Assembly (NCBI GenBank): GCA_002269645.1 | Contig: NIVC01000169.1 | Location: 711,308 to 775,307 of the forward strand | DNA length: 64,000 nucleotides | Source: Macrostomum lignano | Lineage: Eukaryota | Direction of reading: 5' to 3' | Shown: in pieces, positions 12,227-23,657 of the stretch | Layout: the number at the start of each line of letters is the position of its first letter | Position numbering within the stretch: the first letter of the stretch is position 1 | The notes under the pieces: model-generated | Database searches by the model: none | What the model was told of the DNA's origin: nothing | The model's input: only the letters and a program-made list of their open reading frames with translations | Translations under genes and position numbers: made by a program

Positions 12227-12421
12227 TGTCAGTGCGCAAGCACTAATCATCTAATGTTCATACTGTATATTTAAGTTTATTTTCTGTCTATGGTCTTAAT
12301 CTTGAGGACAGCGGCCTACCAAATATATACTCTTATGCAACCGACGGACCACGGCTGGAAAGCGCTTAGACCGAAGCACCGTCATCCTACATCGCATAGT
12401 CTCATCGGCCATAACTCGACA
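12227..12421 (+). repeat. 5' LTR (195 bp)
   Basis: TGTCAGTGCG...CTCGACA, preceded by 7 extra nt (TGTCAGA). Confidence 0.95.
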
Positions 12422-12422
12422 G

Positions 12423-12440
12423 TGGCGACGAGGATGGGAT
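12423..12440 (+). promoter_or_regulatory. Primer-binding site, tRNA-Ser(GCT) type
   Basis: TGGCGACGAGGATGGGAT is the reverse complement of the metazoan tRNA-Ser(GCT) 3' end ATCCCATCCTCGTCGCCA (recalled sequence). It starts 1 nt after the LTR. Confidence 0.85.
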
Positions 12441-15400
12441 CCATTGGCAGAATCCCTGCGCTCACGGCAAACTCCGATGTAGACGTCTACCTGGAGAGGT
12501 TTGACCAATTCCTCAAATACAAGGAGATCAAAGATGAGGCAAAGGTTGCAACGCTTGTGACTGCCATTGGAGAAGAGGCATACAAAGTGCTTCGCAATCT
12601 GTGCCAGCCCGATGCTGTGGCTTCAAGGTCATACGAAGATCTGGTGAAACTTCTAAAGGAGCACTATGCTCCGAAGACTTCTATGCTCTCGGCGAGATTT
12701 CGGTTCCAGCAGTGCGTGCAGAGACCGGGTGAGAGCTTCGCTGACTTGATTTCCGGTCTCAAGGCCGCATCAGAGCACTGCGAATTCGGCACGGCTGATC
12801 AAATAAAAGAGAGGCTGAGGGATCAACTCGTCTTCGGTCTTCGCAGCGACTCTCACCGTGCCAAGATTTTAGAAATTGAAAAGCCAGATTTTCAAGCTCT
12901 GATTTCCAAGGTCAACGCTCTGGAAGCAGCCGAGACGAACTCTACTGAGATGGCGCATAAAGTGGAACCGATGGCTCACCTGCGGTACTCCAAGAAGCCA
13001 GCGTCCAAGGTCAGCGAAAACAGCCAAAAGTCTCCGGCCAGCGTCACCCAGGCAAGTTGGGCAGCGGGAGCGTGTGCCAGCTGCGGCGGTGCCCACAGTA
13101 GGCAGCAATGCAAACTTCGCGAGGCTAAGTGCCACAACTGCGGCAAGGTCGGCCACATCCGGAAGGTGTGCAGATCCTCTAAGCTGCACAAGATGGATAC
13201 GGAGACGGCTGAGCTACAGGAGCCCCTCTTCAGCATTCGCCCAAACGGATCCAGCAAGGGACTGAGAATCGAGTTGCTGCTGCAAGGCCAGCCATGTTGT
13301 TTTGAGGTTGACACCGGGTCCGCCCTCACCGTCATCCCAAAAGCAATTCAGGAGAAGGTACTGCCTGGACTTTGCCTGTCGCCGACTTCCACGGTGCTTA
13401 GAACCTACACCGGCGAGAGCTTCCGGCCAGTCGGTCAGGCGGACGTCACCGTCCAGCACAACGGCCAGGGTCGGCGACTGACGCTATTGGTGGTCGAGCG
13501 TGGCGACGTCGCACTGCTCGGCCGTGACTGGCTGACGGAGCTGAAGCTGGACTGGCCAAACATCCTCAGCCAAGTCAACTCAGTGGCTGGTGAAGCTGGC
13601 GACCTGCTAGCGCAGTTCCTCGAGGTCTTCCAAGGCGGCTTAGGCACCTATCGGTACGGGAAGGTCACGCTGCACATGCCGGTGGAGGCCAAGCCGCGCT
13701 TCTTCAAGGCCAGACCGGTTCCCTACGCTCTCAGGGATTGCGTTGACGAGGAGCTGCGACGGATGGAAGCTGACGGAATCATCACTCCTGTCAAGTACTC
13801 CGACTGGGCGGCGCCCATCGTGCCGGTGGTCAAAAAGAACGGTGCGGTGAGAATCTGTGGCGACTACAAGCTGACTTACAACGCCGAAGCCAGGCCCGAG
13901 CTATACCCATTGCCGCGCATCGAGGACCTGTTTGCCAAGCTGGGCGGCGGCTGCAAGTGGTCCAAGCTGGACATGTCCAATGCTTTCCTGCAACTGCCGC
14001 TATCCCAGGACAGTAGCGGCCTATTTGACATGCGATCATGCCGTTCGTGACATGCGATCATGCGATCATGCCGTTCGTGACATGCGATCATGCGATCATG
14101 CCGTTCGTGACATGCGATCATGCGATCATGCCGTTCGTGACATGCGATCATGCGATCATGCCTGAATCGCATGCCGTTCGGCATCAACTGCGCCAGCGCC
14201 GTGTTCCAGCGCACGCTCGACTCGCTGCTCGGAGACTTAGAGCCGGTTCAGGTATTTGTCGACGATATCCTAGTAACAGGCAAGACTCTGCATCATCATC
14301 ACCAGAACCTGGTAAAGGTACTTCAACGCCTACAAGAGGCGGGACTGCGGTTGAACAGGGAAAAATGCGAGTTCTTCCGTGACTCGGTTGAGTACCTAGG
14401 CCATCGAATCGACAGCAACGGACTCCAGCCGCTGGCTGAAAAGGTAACGGCGGTGCAGAATGCGCCGTCACCTACAGACTGCAGCCAGCTCCGAGCTTAC
14501 CTGGGCATGCTGACGCACTACGGCAAGTTCTTGCCGAATCTGTCAACGGTTATCGCTCCGTTAAACCAGCTTCTGACGAAGAACACACGCTGGACTTGGG
14601 AAGGACCTCAACAGCAGGCCTTCGAGAAGTCCAAGCGTCTCCTGCTGGAGTCTCCAGTGCTCATTCACTACGATGCTAAGCTGCCGCTGCGACTGGAGTG
14701 CGACGCCAGCCCCTACGGATTGGGTGTGGTGCTGACGCATCGCGTGGATGGCAAGGACCGGGCCATCGCCTTTGCCAGCCGCAGCTTGACCACAGCTCAG
14801 AAGGGCTACTCGCAGCTGGACAAGGAAGCGTTAGCGATTATGTTCGGCCTCCAGCGCTTCCATAAGTTCCTCCAGGGCCGCAAGTTCGTCATCGTAACCG
14901 ACCACAAGCCGCTCCTGGGACTCCTAGGGGAGCACAAGGGCATCCCGGAACACGCGGCGGCTCGCATGCAGCGCTGGGCGATCCGCTTGGCGGGCTACGA
15001 CTACTCGCTGGAGTTCCGGCCGACCAGCCAGCACGCCAACTGCGATTCGCTCTCCCGCCTGCCGCTGCCAAGGCAATTTGAGGAGGAGCCGGCCGTGAAC
15101 GCTCTGCTGCTAAACGAGGAGACCGGATCCGCCATAACGGCTAAGGCAGTGGCGCGGCACACCCGAACAGACGCCGTCCTCGGCCGCGTACTGCGCTGCC
15201 TAGAGGCCGGCGTGCCCATGACCGGCTCGGATCTCATCGACTTTGCCAGGCGTAGCAACGAGCTGAGCGTCGAGCAGGGCTGCGTGCTGTGGGGCGCCCG
15301 CGTTGTGGTGCCGACGGCTCTGCGGCAAGGCGTGCTGGACGAGCTGCACCAGGCGCACCCCGGCATCAACCGCATTCGAGCGCTGGCCCGCAGCTATGTC

Positions 15401-16426
15401 TGGTGGCCAGGCCTTGACAAGCAACTCGAGACGACTGTCAAGTCTTGCCGGACCTGCATGCTCAACCAAGCCGACCCTCCCAAGGCGCCAGTGCAGCCAT
15501 GGCCGTTTCCGGCTGAACCATGGGCGAGGCTGCACCTGGACTTCGCAGGCCCTGTTGACGGCAGCACCTACCTGGTGATTGTGGATGCCTTTAGTAAGTG
15601 GCCGGAGGTTCTTCGGGTGCACAGCGTCACGTCTATGGCTACCATTGAGCGGCTCCGCGAGGTCTTCGCCAGACTGGGTATCCCCCGGGTACTGGTTTCC
15701 GACAACGGCACGCAGTTCACATCTGCGGAGTTCGCCGAATTCACTAGGCGCAACGGCATCCGTCACGTCTTCTCTGCACCATTTCACCCGGCAACGAACG
15801 GGCAGGCGGAGAGATTCGTCCAAGTGCTTAAGCGGCACCTGGTCAAGAGCGGGCACTCAGCGGCCGCTCTGCAGCAAATGTTGATGACTTATCGCAACAC
15901 GCCGCACTCCATCACCGGTGCGGCCCCCAGCCAGCTGCTCATCGGAAGGAAATTGCGCAGTCGGTTGGACTTGCTGATGCCATCGCTGACGGACAGCATG
16001 CAACAACGCCATGAGCAGGAGGTGGAGCAGCAGCCGCAGGCGCGTGATTTCCAAACCGGTGATAAGGTTCTGCTGCGAAACTTTAGTTCGAGCGCCAGGG
16101 TCGGCGGAGGCACTCGTTGGACCGAAGGTACCGTGCGATCTGCCGGCGCGCGCAACTGCACTGTTGAAGCTGATGGCACCATCCACCGACGGCACACCGA
16201 TCAGCTGTTGACAAATTCGCTTCCCGATGCCGAGGCCGTGTCATCACCGGAACTCTCAGATGCGACGACCCCGACAATTGCTGAGATGCCAGACAAAGTC
16301 GCTGGACCCATAGACAGCGAGATCATCAACCCTGCTGACAGCATCGGTGGCACAGTTGCAACGAACACCCAGGCCAGGCGTTACCCACAGCGGCGCAGAC
16401 AACCGCCGGATCGCCTTCAACTATGA
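12434..16426 (+). pseudogene. gag-pol polyprotein in a single frame, interrupted by a 132-nt in-frame insertion carrying 4 TGA stops
   Basis: Two zinc knuckles (CASCGGAHSRQQC, CHNCGKVGHIRKVC), protease VDTGS, RT RICGDYK...FVDD, RNase H CDAS/KEALA/TDHKPL, integrase HHCC and HLDF/SDNG/QAER. ORFs 12290-14050 and 14150-16426 share one frame. Confidence 0.93.
14026..14161. repeat. 30-bp tandem repeat (4.5 copies) inside the RT coding region
   Basis: Unit CCGTTCGTGACATGCGATCATGCGATCATG at 14041-14160, plus a partial copy upstream. Confidence 0.97.
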
Positions 16427-16469
16427 TTGGGGACTGTTACTTTGACCTGACTGAATTTCTTCGAACTTT

Positions 16470-16479
16470 AGGGGGGAGA
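16470..16479 (+). promoter_or_regulatory. Polypurine tract
   Basis: AGGGGGGAGA immediately before the 3' LTR. Confidence 0.9.
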
Positions 16480-16674
16480 TGTCAGTGCGCAAGCACTAAT
16501 CATCTAATGTTCATACTGTATATTCAAGTTTATTTTCTGTCTATGGTCTTAATCTTGAGGACAGCGGCCTACCAAATATATACTCTTATGCAACCGACGG
16601 ACCACGGCTGGAAAGCGCTTAGACCGAAGCACCGTCATCCTACATCGCATAGTCTCATCGGCCATAACTCGACA
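16480..16674 (+). repeat. 3' LTR (195 bp)
   Basis: Identical to the 5' LTR except one T/C (TATATTTAAG vs TATATTCAAG). Confidence 0.95.
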
Positions 16675-17150
16675 CTAACTTAATAAGCTCAAATTTCATA
16701 ATCACGAATCTTACAAAGCTCGAAGCTTCACAAGATCGAATCTTCACAAGCTCGAAGCTTCACAAGATCGAATCTTCAAAAGCTCGAAGCTTCACAAGAT
16801 CGAATCTTCAAAAGCTCGAAGCTTCACAGAAAGAAACTTCACATAGTCGATTAAGACTAACTTTATAAGCTCAAATTTCATAATCACGAATCTTACAAAG
16901 CTCGAAGCTTCACAAGATCGAATCTTCACAAGTTCGAAGCTTCACAAGCTCGAATCTTCACAAGCTCGAAGCTTCACAAGATTGAATCTTCAAAAGCTCG
17001 AAGCTTCACAAGCTCGAATCTTTACAAGCTCGAAGCTTCATAAGATTGGATCTTCACAAGCTCGAAGCTTCATAAGAATGGATCTTCACAAGCTCGAAGC
17101 TTCATAAGATCGGATCTTCACAAGCTCGAATCTTTACAAGTTTGAAATTT
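16675..17150. repeat. Continuation of the 16-bp satellite right of the LTR element
   Basis: The same units and spacer resume exactly after the TSD. Confidence 0.93.
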
Positions 17151-17866
17151 CACAGGCACGAAACTTTACATCGTTGAAAACTATTCTGTCACATTTACAA
17201 GCTCGAAAACAGAGTCATAAACTCGGATGTGATTACCCATGAAAATTGCCATTATTGTTTCACATTGACTTTATTGCCTTTTCGCGACTCTTAATTAGAT
17301 TCTACAACTCGCGTGATGTTGACAAGTGTCATCTCTCGTGACTCAACAGTCGCCTCTCAGTCGCATTGCAGTCGTTTGAGTCGTTTAAAAGTCACAAGAG
17401 CCGCTAAGAGTCACTATTTTTGTCACGAGAACGTTTTCAACGGGGTGTTGAGTCCTGCTTTGAGTCTTAAAGATCACACACATGACTGTAAGCATGTGGA
17501 AAAAATGTGGAAAATGATACAAAACTACTGACAGGCATTTCAATGTCTAGAGCAACACACTGAAGTAATAAATAATAATATTTATAATATAAAAGCCAGT
17601 TTATTTCAATTTTAGAGAGCTGTCGTCCCATACACGTCGATATTAATAGAGCAAACTAAGAGCAAGAGGAACCATGCAAAGTTGCTAGGCAAACTGTTTA
17701 ACTGCTAAATTTTAGTTTTTTTGTGTTGTTGTCAAGCGGGTAGCTGATTATTGCTATTGATTCTTTAACACAAAAGTGCACAGTATAGCTTTATTATTCC
17801 GCCAATCAATCAATGACTTTCTATAGGTCAATCAAGGTCAAGGTCAGATCGAACAGGCTTCCCCCC

Positions 17867-20800
17867 TCAGACCAGCTCGAGCGAGGGCCAATGGGCCGCG
17901 TTGACTTTTTTGAGCAGAATTTCCACCTTGGTGGGCCGGATATTCACGCAGGATTGCGACGGGTCGATCACCTGCGAGAGGGGGGTTGAATGGCTATTAG
18001 GACAATAAATCAAGGTCAGTTAAGGTCATAAAAATGTACGTGCAAATAAGAAAGTGTGAATGACTTCGAATCTTATATAAGATTAGATATTCTTAAATCG
18101 CAAATTAGATATACTTAAATCTCGTATAAGATACTCGAATCTCATATAAGATTAGACACCGGAATCTCATATAAGATTAGACACTGGAATCTCATATAAG
18201 ATTAGACACTGGAATCTCGTATAAGATTAGACACCGGAATCTCATATAAGATTAGACACTGGAATCTCGTATAAGATTAGACACCGGAATCTCATATAAG
18301 ATTAGACACTGGAATCTCATATAAGATTAGACACTGGAATCTCGTATAAGATTAGACACCGGAATCTCATATAAGATTAGACACTGGAATCTCATATAAG
18401 ATTAGACACTGGAATCTCGTATAAGATTAGACACCGGAATCTCATATAAGATTAGACACTGGAATCTCGTATAAGATTAGACACCGGAATCTCATATAAG
18501 ATTAGACACTGGAATCTCATATAAGATTAGACACTGGAATCTCGTATAAGATTAGACACCGGAATCTCATATAAGATTAGACACTCGAATCTCATAAAAG
18601 ATTAGACACTGTAATCTCATATAAGATTAGACACTGGAATCTCATATAAGATTAGACACTGGAATCTCGTATAAGATTAGACACCGGAATCTCATATAAG
18701 ATTAGACACTAGAATCTCATAAGATTAGACACTGGAATCTCATATAAGATTAGACACTGGAATCTCGTATAAGATTAGACACTGGAATCTCATATAAGAT
18801 TAGACACTGTAATCTCGTATAAGATTAGACACTGGAATCTCATATAAGATTAGACACTGGAATCTCATATAAGATTAGACACTGGAATCTCGTATAAGAT
18901 TAGCCACTGGAATCTCATATAGGATTAGACACTGGAATCTCATATAAGATTAGACACTGGAATCTCATATAGGATTAGACACTGGAATCTCATATAAGAT
19001 TAGACACTGGAATCTCATATAAGATTAGACACTGGAATCTCATATAAGATTAGACACTGGACTCTCATATAAGATTAGACACTGGAATCTCATATAAGAT
19101 TAGACACTGGAATCTCATATAGGATTAGACACTGTAATCTCATATAAGATTAGACACTGGAATCTCATATAAGATTAGACACTGGACTCTCGTATAAGAT
19201 TAGACACTGGAATCTCATATAAGATTAGACAACAATGAAATGAGTAAGTGCTCACATCGTAGAGCACAAAGTCGCGCTGAAACCGGCTCTGCCCAGCTGC
19301 AAACAGCAGCTTGACAGAGCAGCAGACCCGATTAGCTTCGATGACGCATTCCTCTGGGACACACAGCTTTGCAAACACATCAAGCGTGATGTAACCGGCC
19401 TTGCCCTGATGATGGTCGCAGCGGCAATGGACGCTGGCAGGACCATCCTTGCTATCGTCACCTTTAGAGTTCGGTTTAGTCCAGCAGTGCTTGCCCTGCT
19501 CGCAGCCCTCCTGAGACATGAAATTATCGAACTCTGTGGTCTTCCTCTGGCAGCAGCTCCAGTACTTCATGCCCTCGTGGAACACGGGGCCGCCTGGGTG
19601 GTAGTAGCAGACCTGCCTGTCCGACTGTGGCCCGGAGTAGGTGGCCCGGCAGCCCGAGTTTTTGCAACCGGTTCCCATGGCAACGCTGCCGTTGTCGGAT
19701 GAGGCCGAGGCAGCGGAGTCTGGTTGCTGGGCGGAACCGCTGGCGGCGGCCTTCTCGGCTTCGGCCCTGCGACGCTCGGCTGTTTTGTCCAGCTCGGCTA
19801 GCAACCGGGAGTCCACCTGGATTTCAGAAGGAGCGAGTTGAGGGCGATTCTAAGAATGAGTTGAGGGCGATTCTAAGAATGGGTTGAGGGCGATTCTAAG
19901 AATGAGTTGAGGGCGATTCTAAGAATGAGTTGAGGGCGATTCTAAGAATGAGTTGAGGGAGATTCTAAGAATGAGTTAAGGGAGATTCTAAGAATGAGTT
20001 GAGGGCGATTCTAAGAATGAGTTGAGGGCGATTCTAAGAATGAGTTGAGGGCGATTCTAAGAATGAGTTGAGGGCGATTCTAAGAATGAGTTGAGGGCGA
20101 TTCTAAGAATGAGTTGAGGGCGATTCTAAGAATGAGTTGAGGGCGATTCTAACAATGAGTTGAGGGCGATTCTAAGAATGAGTTGAGGGAGATTCTAAGA
20201 ATGAGTTGAGGGAGATTCTAAGAATGAGTTGAGGGAGATTCTAAGAATGAGTTGAGGGAGATTCTAAGAATGAGTTGAGGGCGATTCTAAGAATGAGTTG
20301 AGGGCGATTCTAAGAATGAGTTGAGGGCGATTCTAAGAATGAGTTGAGGGCGATTCTAAGAATGAGTTGAGGGCGATTCTAAGAATGAGTTGAGGGAGAT
20401 TCTAAGAATGAGTTGAGGGAGATTCTAAGAATGAGTTGAGGGCGATTCTAAGAATGAGTTGAGGGCGATTCTAAGAATGAGTTGAGGGCGATTCTAAGAA
20501 TGAGTTGAGGGCGATTCTAAGAATGAGTTGAGGGCGATTCTAAGAATGAGTTGAGGGCGATTCTAAGAATGATTTAAGTATGATTCTAAGAATGATTTAA
20601 GTATGACTCTAAGAATGATTTAAGTATGACTCTAAAGATGATTTATGGGTTCTATGAATAAGTTAATGGCGATTCTAAGAATCATTTAAAAAGCGATTCT
20701 AAGAATAAGTGAAACATGCTTCTAAGAAACATTTACGAGCAATTCTAAAAATGTATTAAGAGCGATTCTACAAATGATTTAAATATGATTCTAAGAATAT

Positions 20801-21209
20801 TTGGAGGCCGATTTCATAGCAAATTCCCCGAGCCCAAACCTCACTTAATTCTAAGAATCCTCACCTGTTTATTAAGCGGCAATTTTTCTTCATCAACTGG
20901 CGGCCGACTGGCAGCCTCTCCATTGCTGGCAGCCTCCGCGGGTCTCCGCACCAGCACAGGCTCATTGTAGATTTCAGCACTTCTCTCCGGCTTCGGTGGA
21001 GGCGGCGGCTTGACGGGATTATGCGGCCCCTTAGAGCAGCCTTTGATCTGCAGGAAGGTGGTGAAGTCTACCGAGCTCTTGTTGCAGCAGGACCATTTCT
21101 TGCCACCATCGTGAAACACTGGCGCGCCGGGATGAAATACGCAAGCGTTGTCCGAGTTTTTAGTTGGGTCGAACTTCTGATCGCAGCCTTTGTTGTAGCA
21201 GTATTGCAT
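17867..21209 (-). CDS. CHORDC1: CHORD domain-containing protein (Morgana/CHP-1), Hsp90 co-chaperone; 3 exons, 336 aa
   Basis: Exons 21209-20865, 19816-19256 and 17971-17867, all phase 0. CHORD-I CYNKGC...[20 protein letters not shown]...GC..GPH, CHORD-II CKNSGC...[20 protein letters not shown]...GC..GKH, and a C-terminal CS/p23 domain ([22 protein letters not shown]...W). Confidence 0.95.
18066..19230. repeat. 25-bp minisatellite in CHORDC1 intron 2
   Basis: Unit GGAATCTCATATAAGATTAGACACT, about 44 copies. Confidence 0.95.
19835..20860. repeat. 23-bp minisatellite in CHORDC1 intron 1; homogeneous to ~20572, degenerate beyond
   Basis: Unit GAGTTGAGGGCGATTCTAAGAAT. Confidence 0.95.
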
Positions 21210-21574
21210 TGCAATTAATTGTAGATTGATTAAGCATGAAATTCAATACAATTCGATGTAGCTACTTACTTTCCGTAAACTCAACTAGTAGTATAGACGG
21301 AATTTTTTGGTAAAAGAATAAAAAATAAACACAATTTCTAGTCAAACGCAAACAGTTTTAAATCATGTATTTATTTTTTAAATAGAATTTCGTAAATGAA
21401 AATATTTACGCAAAGCAGTAATAATTTTTTTTAAAAAGATTGCTGAATTTTGTGACTTATAACAGCGGCTTCATGGTAAGTGTAAGCAATTTTTACTGTA
21501 TTTTAAAGAGTTATTTATATTGATAATCTCTGATATCCCATTGGTAGTCTCTGATTTTAGAGCCATTCTCGTTG

Positions 21575-22260
21575 ATAATCTGTGAGATTAGAGCCCTTCT
21601 CACTGATAATCTGTGAGATTAGAGCCATTCCCGTTGATAATCCATGAGATTAGAGCCATTCTCACTGATAATCAATGAGATTAGAGCCATTCTCACTGAT
21701 AATCTATGAGATTAGAGCCATTCTCACTGATAATCCATGAGATTAGAGCCATTCTCACTGATAATCCATGAGATTAGAGCCATTCTCACTGATAATCTAT
21801 AAGATTAGAGCCATTCTCACTGATAATCCATGAGATTAGAGCGAGCCATTCTCACTGATAATCCATGAGATTAGAGCCATTCTCACTGATAATCCATGAG
21901 ATTAGAGCCACTCCCGTTGATAATCTATAAGATTAGAGCCATTCTCACTGATAATCTATGAGATTAGAGCCATTCTCACTGATAATCTATAAGATTAGAG
22001 CCATTCTCACTGATAATCTATGAGATTAGAGCCATTCTCACTGATAATCCATGAGATTAGAGCCATTCTCACTGATAATCCATGAGATTAGAGCCATTCT
22101 CACTGATAATCTATAAGATTAGAGCCATTCTCACTGATAATCTATGAGATTAGAGCCATTCTCACTGATAATCCATGAGATTAGAGCCACTCCCGTTGAT
22201 AATCTATGACATCAGAGCCATTCTCACTGATAATCTGAGATAAGAGCCATTCTCACTATT
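21575..22260. repeat. 31-bp minisatellite between CMPK and CHORDC1
   Basis: Unit GAGATTAGAGCCATTCTCACTGATAATCCAT, about 21 copies. Confidence 0.95.
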
Positions 22261-22375
22261 CACTAATAATCTATGATATTCTCTCAGTTAAACAACAAGA
22301 CTAATCTTATAGCTAAGCTAAAAACCCGCTCCAAGCAATTCAGCTTCTCCTAAAATGTCAATTCCGTAAATAAAT

Positions 22376-23657
22376 TCACAACCGCATTTTCTCGCAAGCC
22401 AACTTGGCCAGTTGATAGACCGTTTCCACACCTCCGCTGGCATCAATCCGATGAAGCAGACCCAGCCGCTGAAACTCTTCAACTACAGGCTCCGTATCGG
22501 CCGAGTACGACTGCAATCTCTTGGCTAAAGTTGTTGCATTGTCGTCGGCTCGACATCCGACACCGACGCTGCCGGAGCGCTCAAGGCATCGACTCAAACA
22601 GGTTTCGTCTGACACATCAAACAGTAACACGCCGGCTACTGACAGGTTAGCTCGCAAATCTGCTGCATTACTGACGCTGTCAGGTGGGCAGCACCGTTGC
22701 CAGCCAAGCCAATTGTCCAGATTGCGCGGAAATCCATCAATTATGAAGCTGGCTGCCTGCTTGCATTACAGTCAATGGAAAGGTTTTGTAGGGTGAGATT
22801 CTGAGATCTGATACTAGATCTAAGGGTGAGATTCTGAGAGCTGATTCTAGATCTAGGGTGAGATTTTGAGACCCGATTTTCGATCTAGGATGAGATTCTG
22901 AGATCTGATTCTAGATCTAGGGTGAGATTCTGAGATCTGATTCTAGATCTAGGGTGAGATTCTGAGATCTGATTCTAGATCTAGGGTGAGATTCTCTGGT
23001 GTGCCAGCGACCCAGGCTCGATTCCAAGTGCAGTCACATTAATTTGGGGCTGAATTGGAATCTCGGCTTGGCTCTGCTCGTGCAATTAACGGCCTTGAGC
23101 CAACCCCCTAAGGCGCAGTGAAGTGTACATCTAGATCTAGATCATGAAGTGATTCTAGATCTAGGCCGCTAGGGTGAGATTCTGAGATCTGATTCTAGAT
23201 CTAGGGTGAGATTCTGAGATCTGATTCTAGATCTAGGGCGCAAAACCGGAAGATTTGCCTCAACTAAGATTCAATTATACTTAACAAAACTCACTAATTC
23301 AAAGATAATGCAAATAGACTTACTTACTGTGTTACAAGCACCGCTACTGACAGCACTGGCAGCCATGTTATCCAACAATAACCGACAAGTGATCTCGGAC
23401 GGTACAATCTTGCCAGTGAGCATTCGGTTTGCAATGTCCTGACCAGTTGGTGTGTCAGACAGGCGCTTTAGTTCACTTCTCAGCAGCTCTCCAGCTGACA
23501 GATGGTGAAGGCCCAGACGACTGGCCAAGAGCTGACCTTGAGTGCCCTTTCCACTGCCTGGCTTGCCTAATACAAATGCAATGCGCCATTCGTTTATACT
23601 ACTACTGATCCTACTAGTAGATGAGTAGTATAGAAGCTGCTGACTGAATTGCCTCAA
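22376..23657 (-). CDS. CMPK1: UMP-CMP kinase (adenylate kinase family), 2 exons, ~236 aa
   Basis: Exons 23657-23328 (donor GTAAGT) and 22756-22376. P-loop FVLGKPGSGKGTQ, HLSAGELLR, GKIVP, FIIDGFPRN, short LID CLER...RADDN. The start codon is uncertain. Confidence 0.88.
22792..23238. repeat. 32-bp minisatellite in the CMPK intron, interrupted by a ~175-bp foreign insert (~22996-23170)
   Basis: Unit AGGGTGAGATTCTGAGATCTGATTCTAGATCT. The insert has a B-box-like GGCTCGATTCC and may be a SINE fragment. Confidence 0.9.

Larger units (their letters stand above)
12220..16674 (+). mobile_element. Full-length Ty3/Gypsy LTR retrotransposon (Mag-like), young but RT-disrupted
   Basis: Two 195-bp LTRs (TG...CA) with one visible mismatch, 5-bp TSD CTAAC (12215-12219 / 16675-16679), PBS, PPT, and gag-PR-RT-RH-IN domain order. 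Confidence 0.97.

Noticed and set aside
14030-14161. RT insertion as a removable intron or readthrough signal
   Set aside because: The insert has no AG acceptor, it carries four in-frame TGAs, and an adjacent conserved RT segment is missing.
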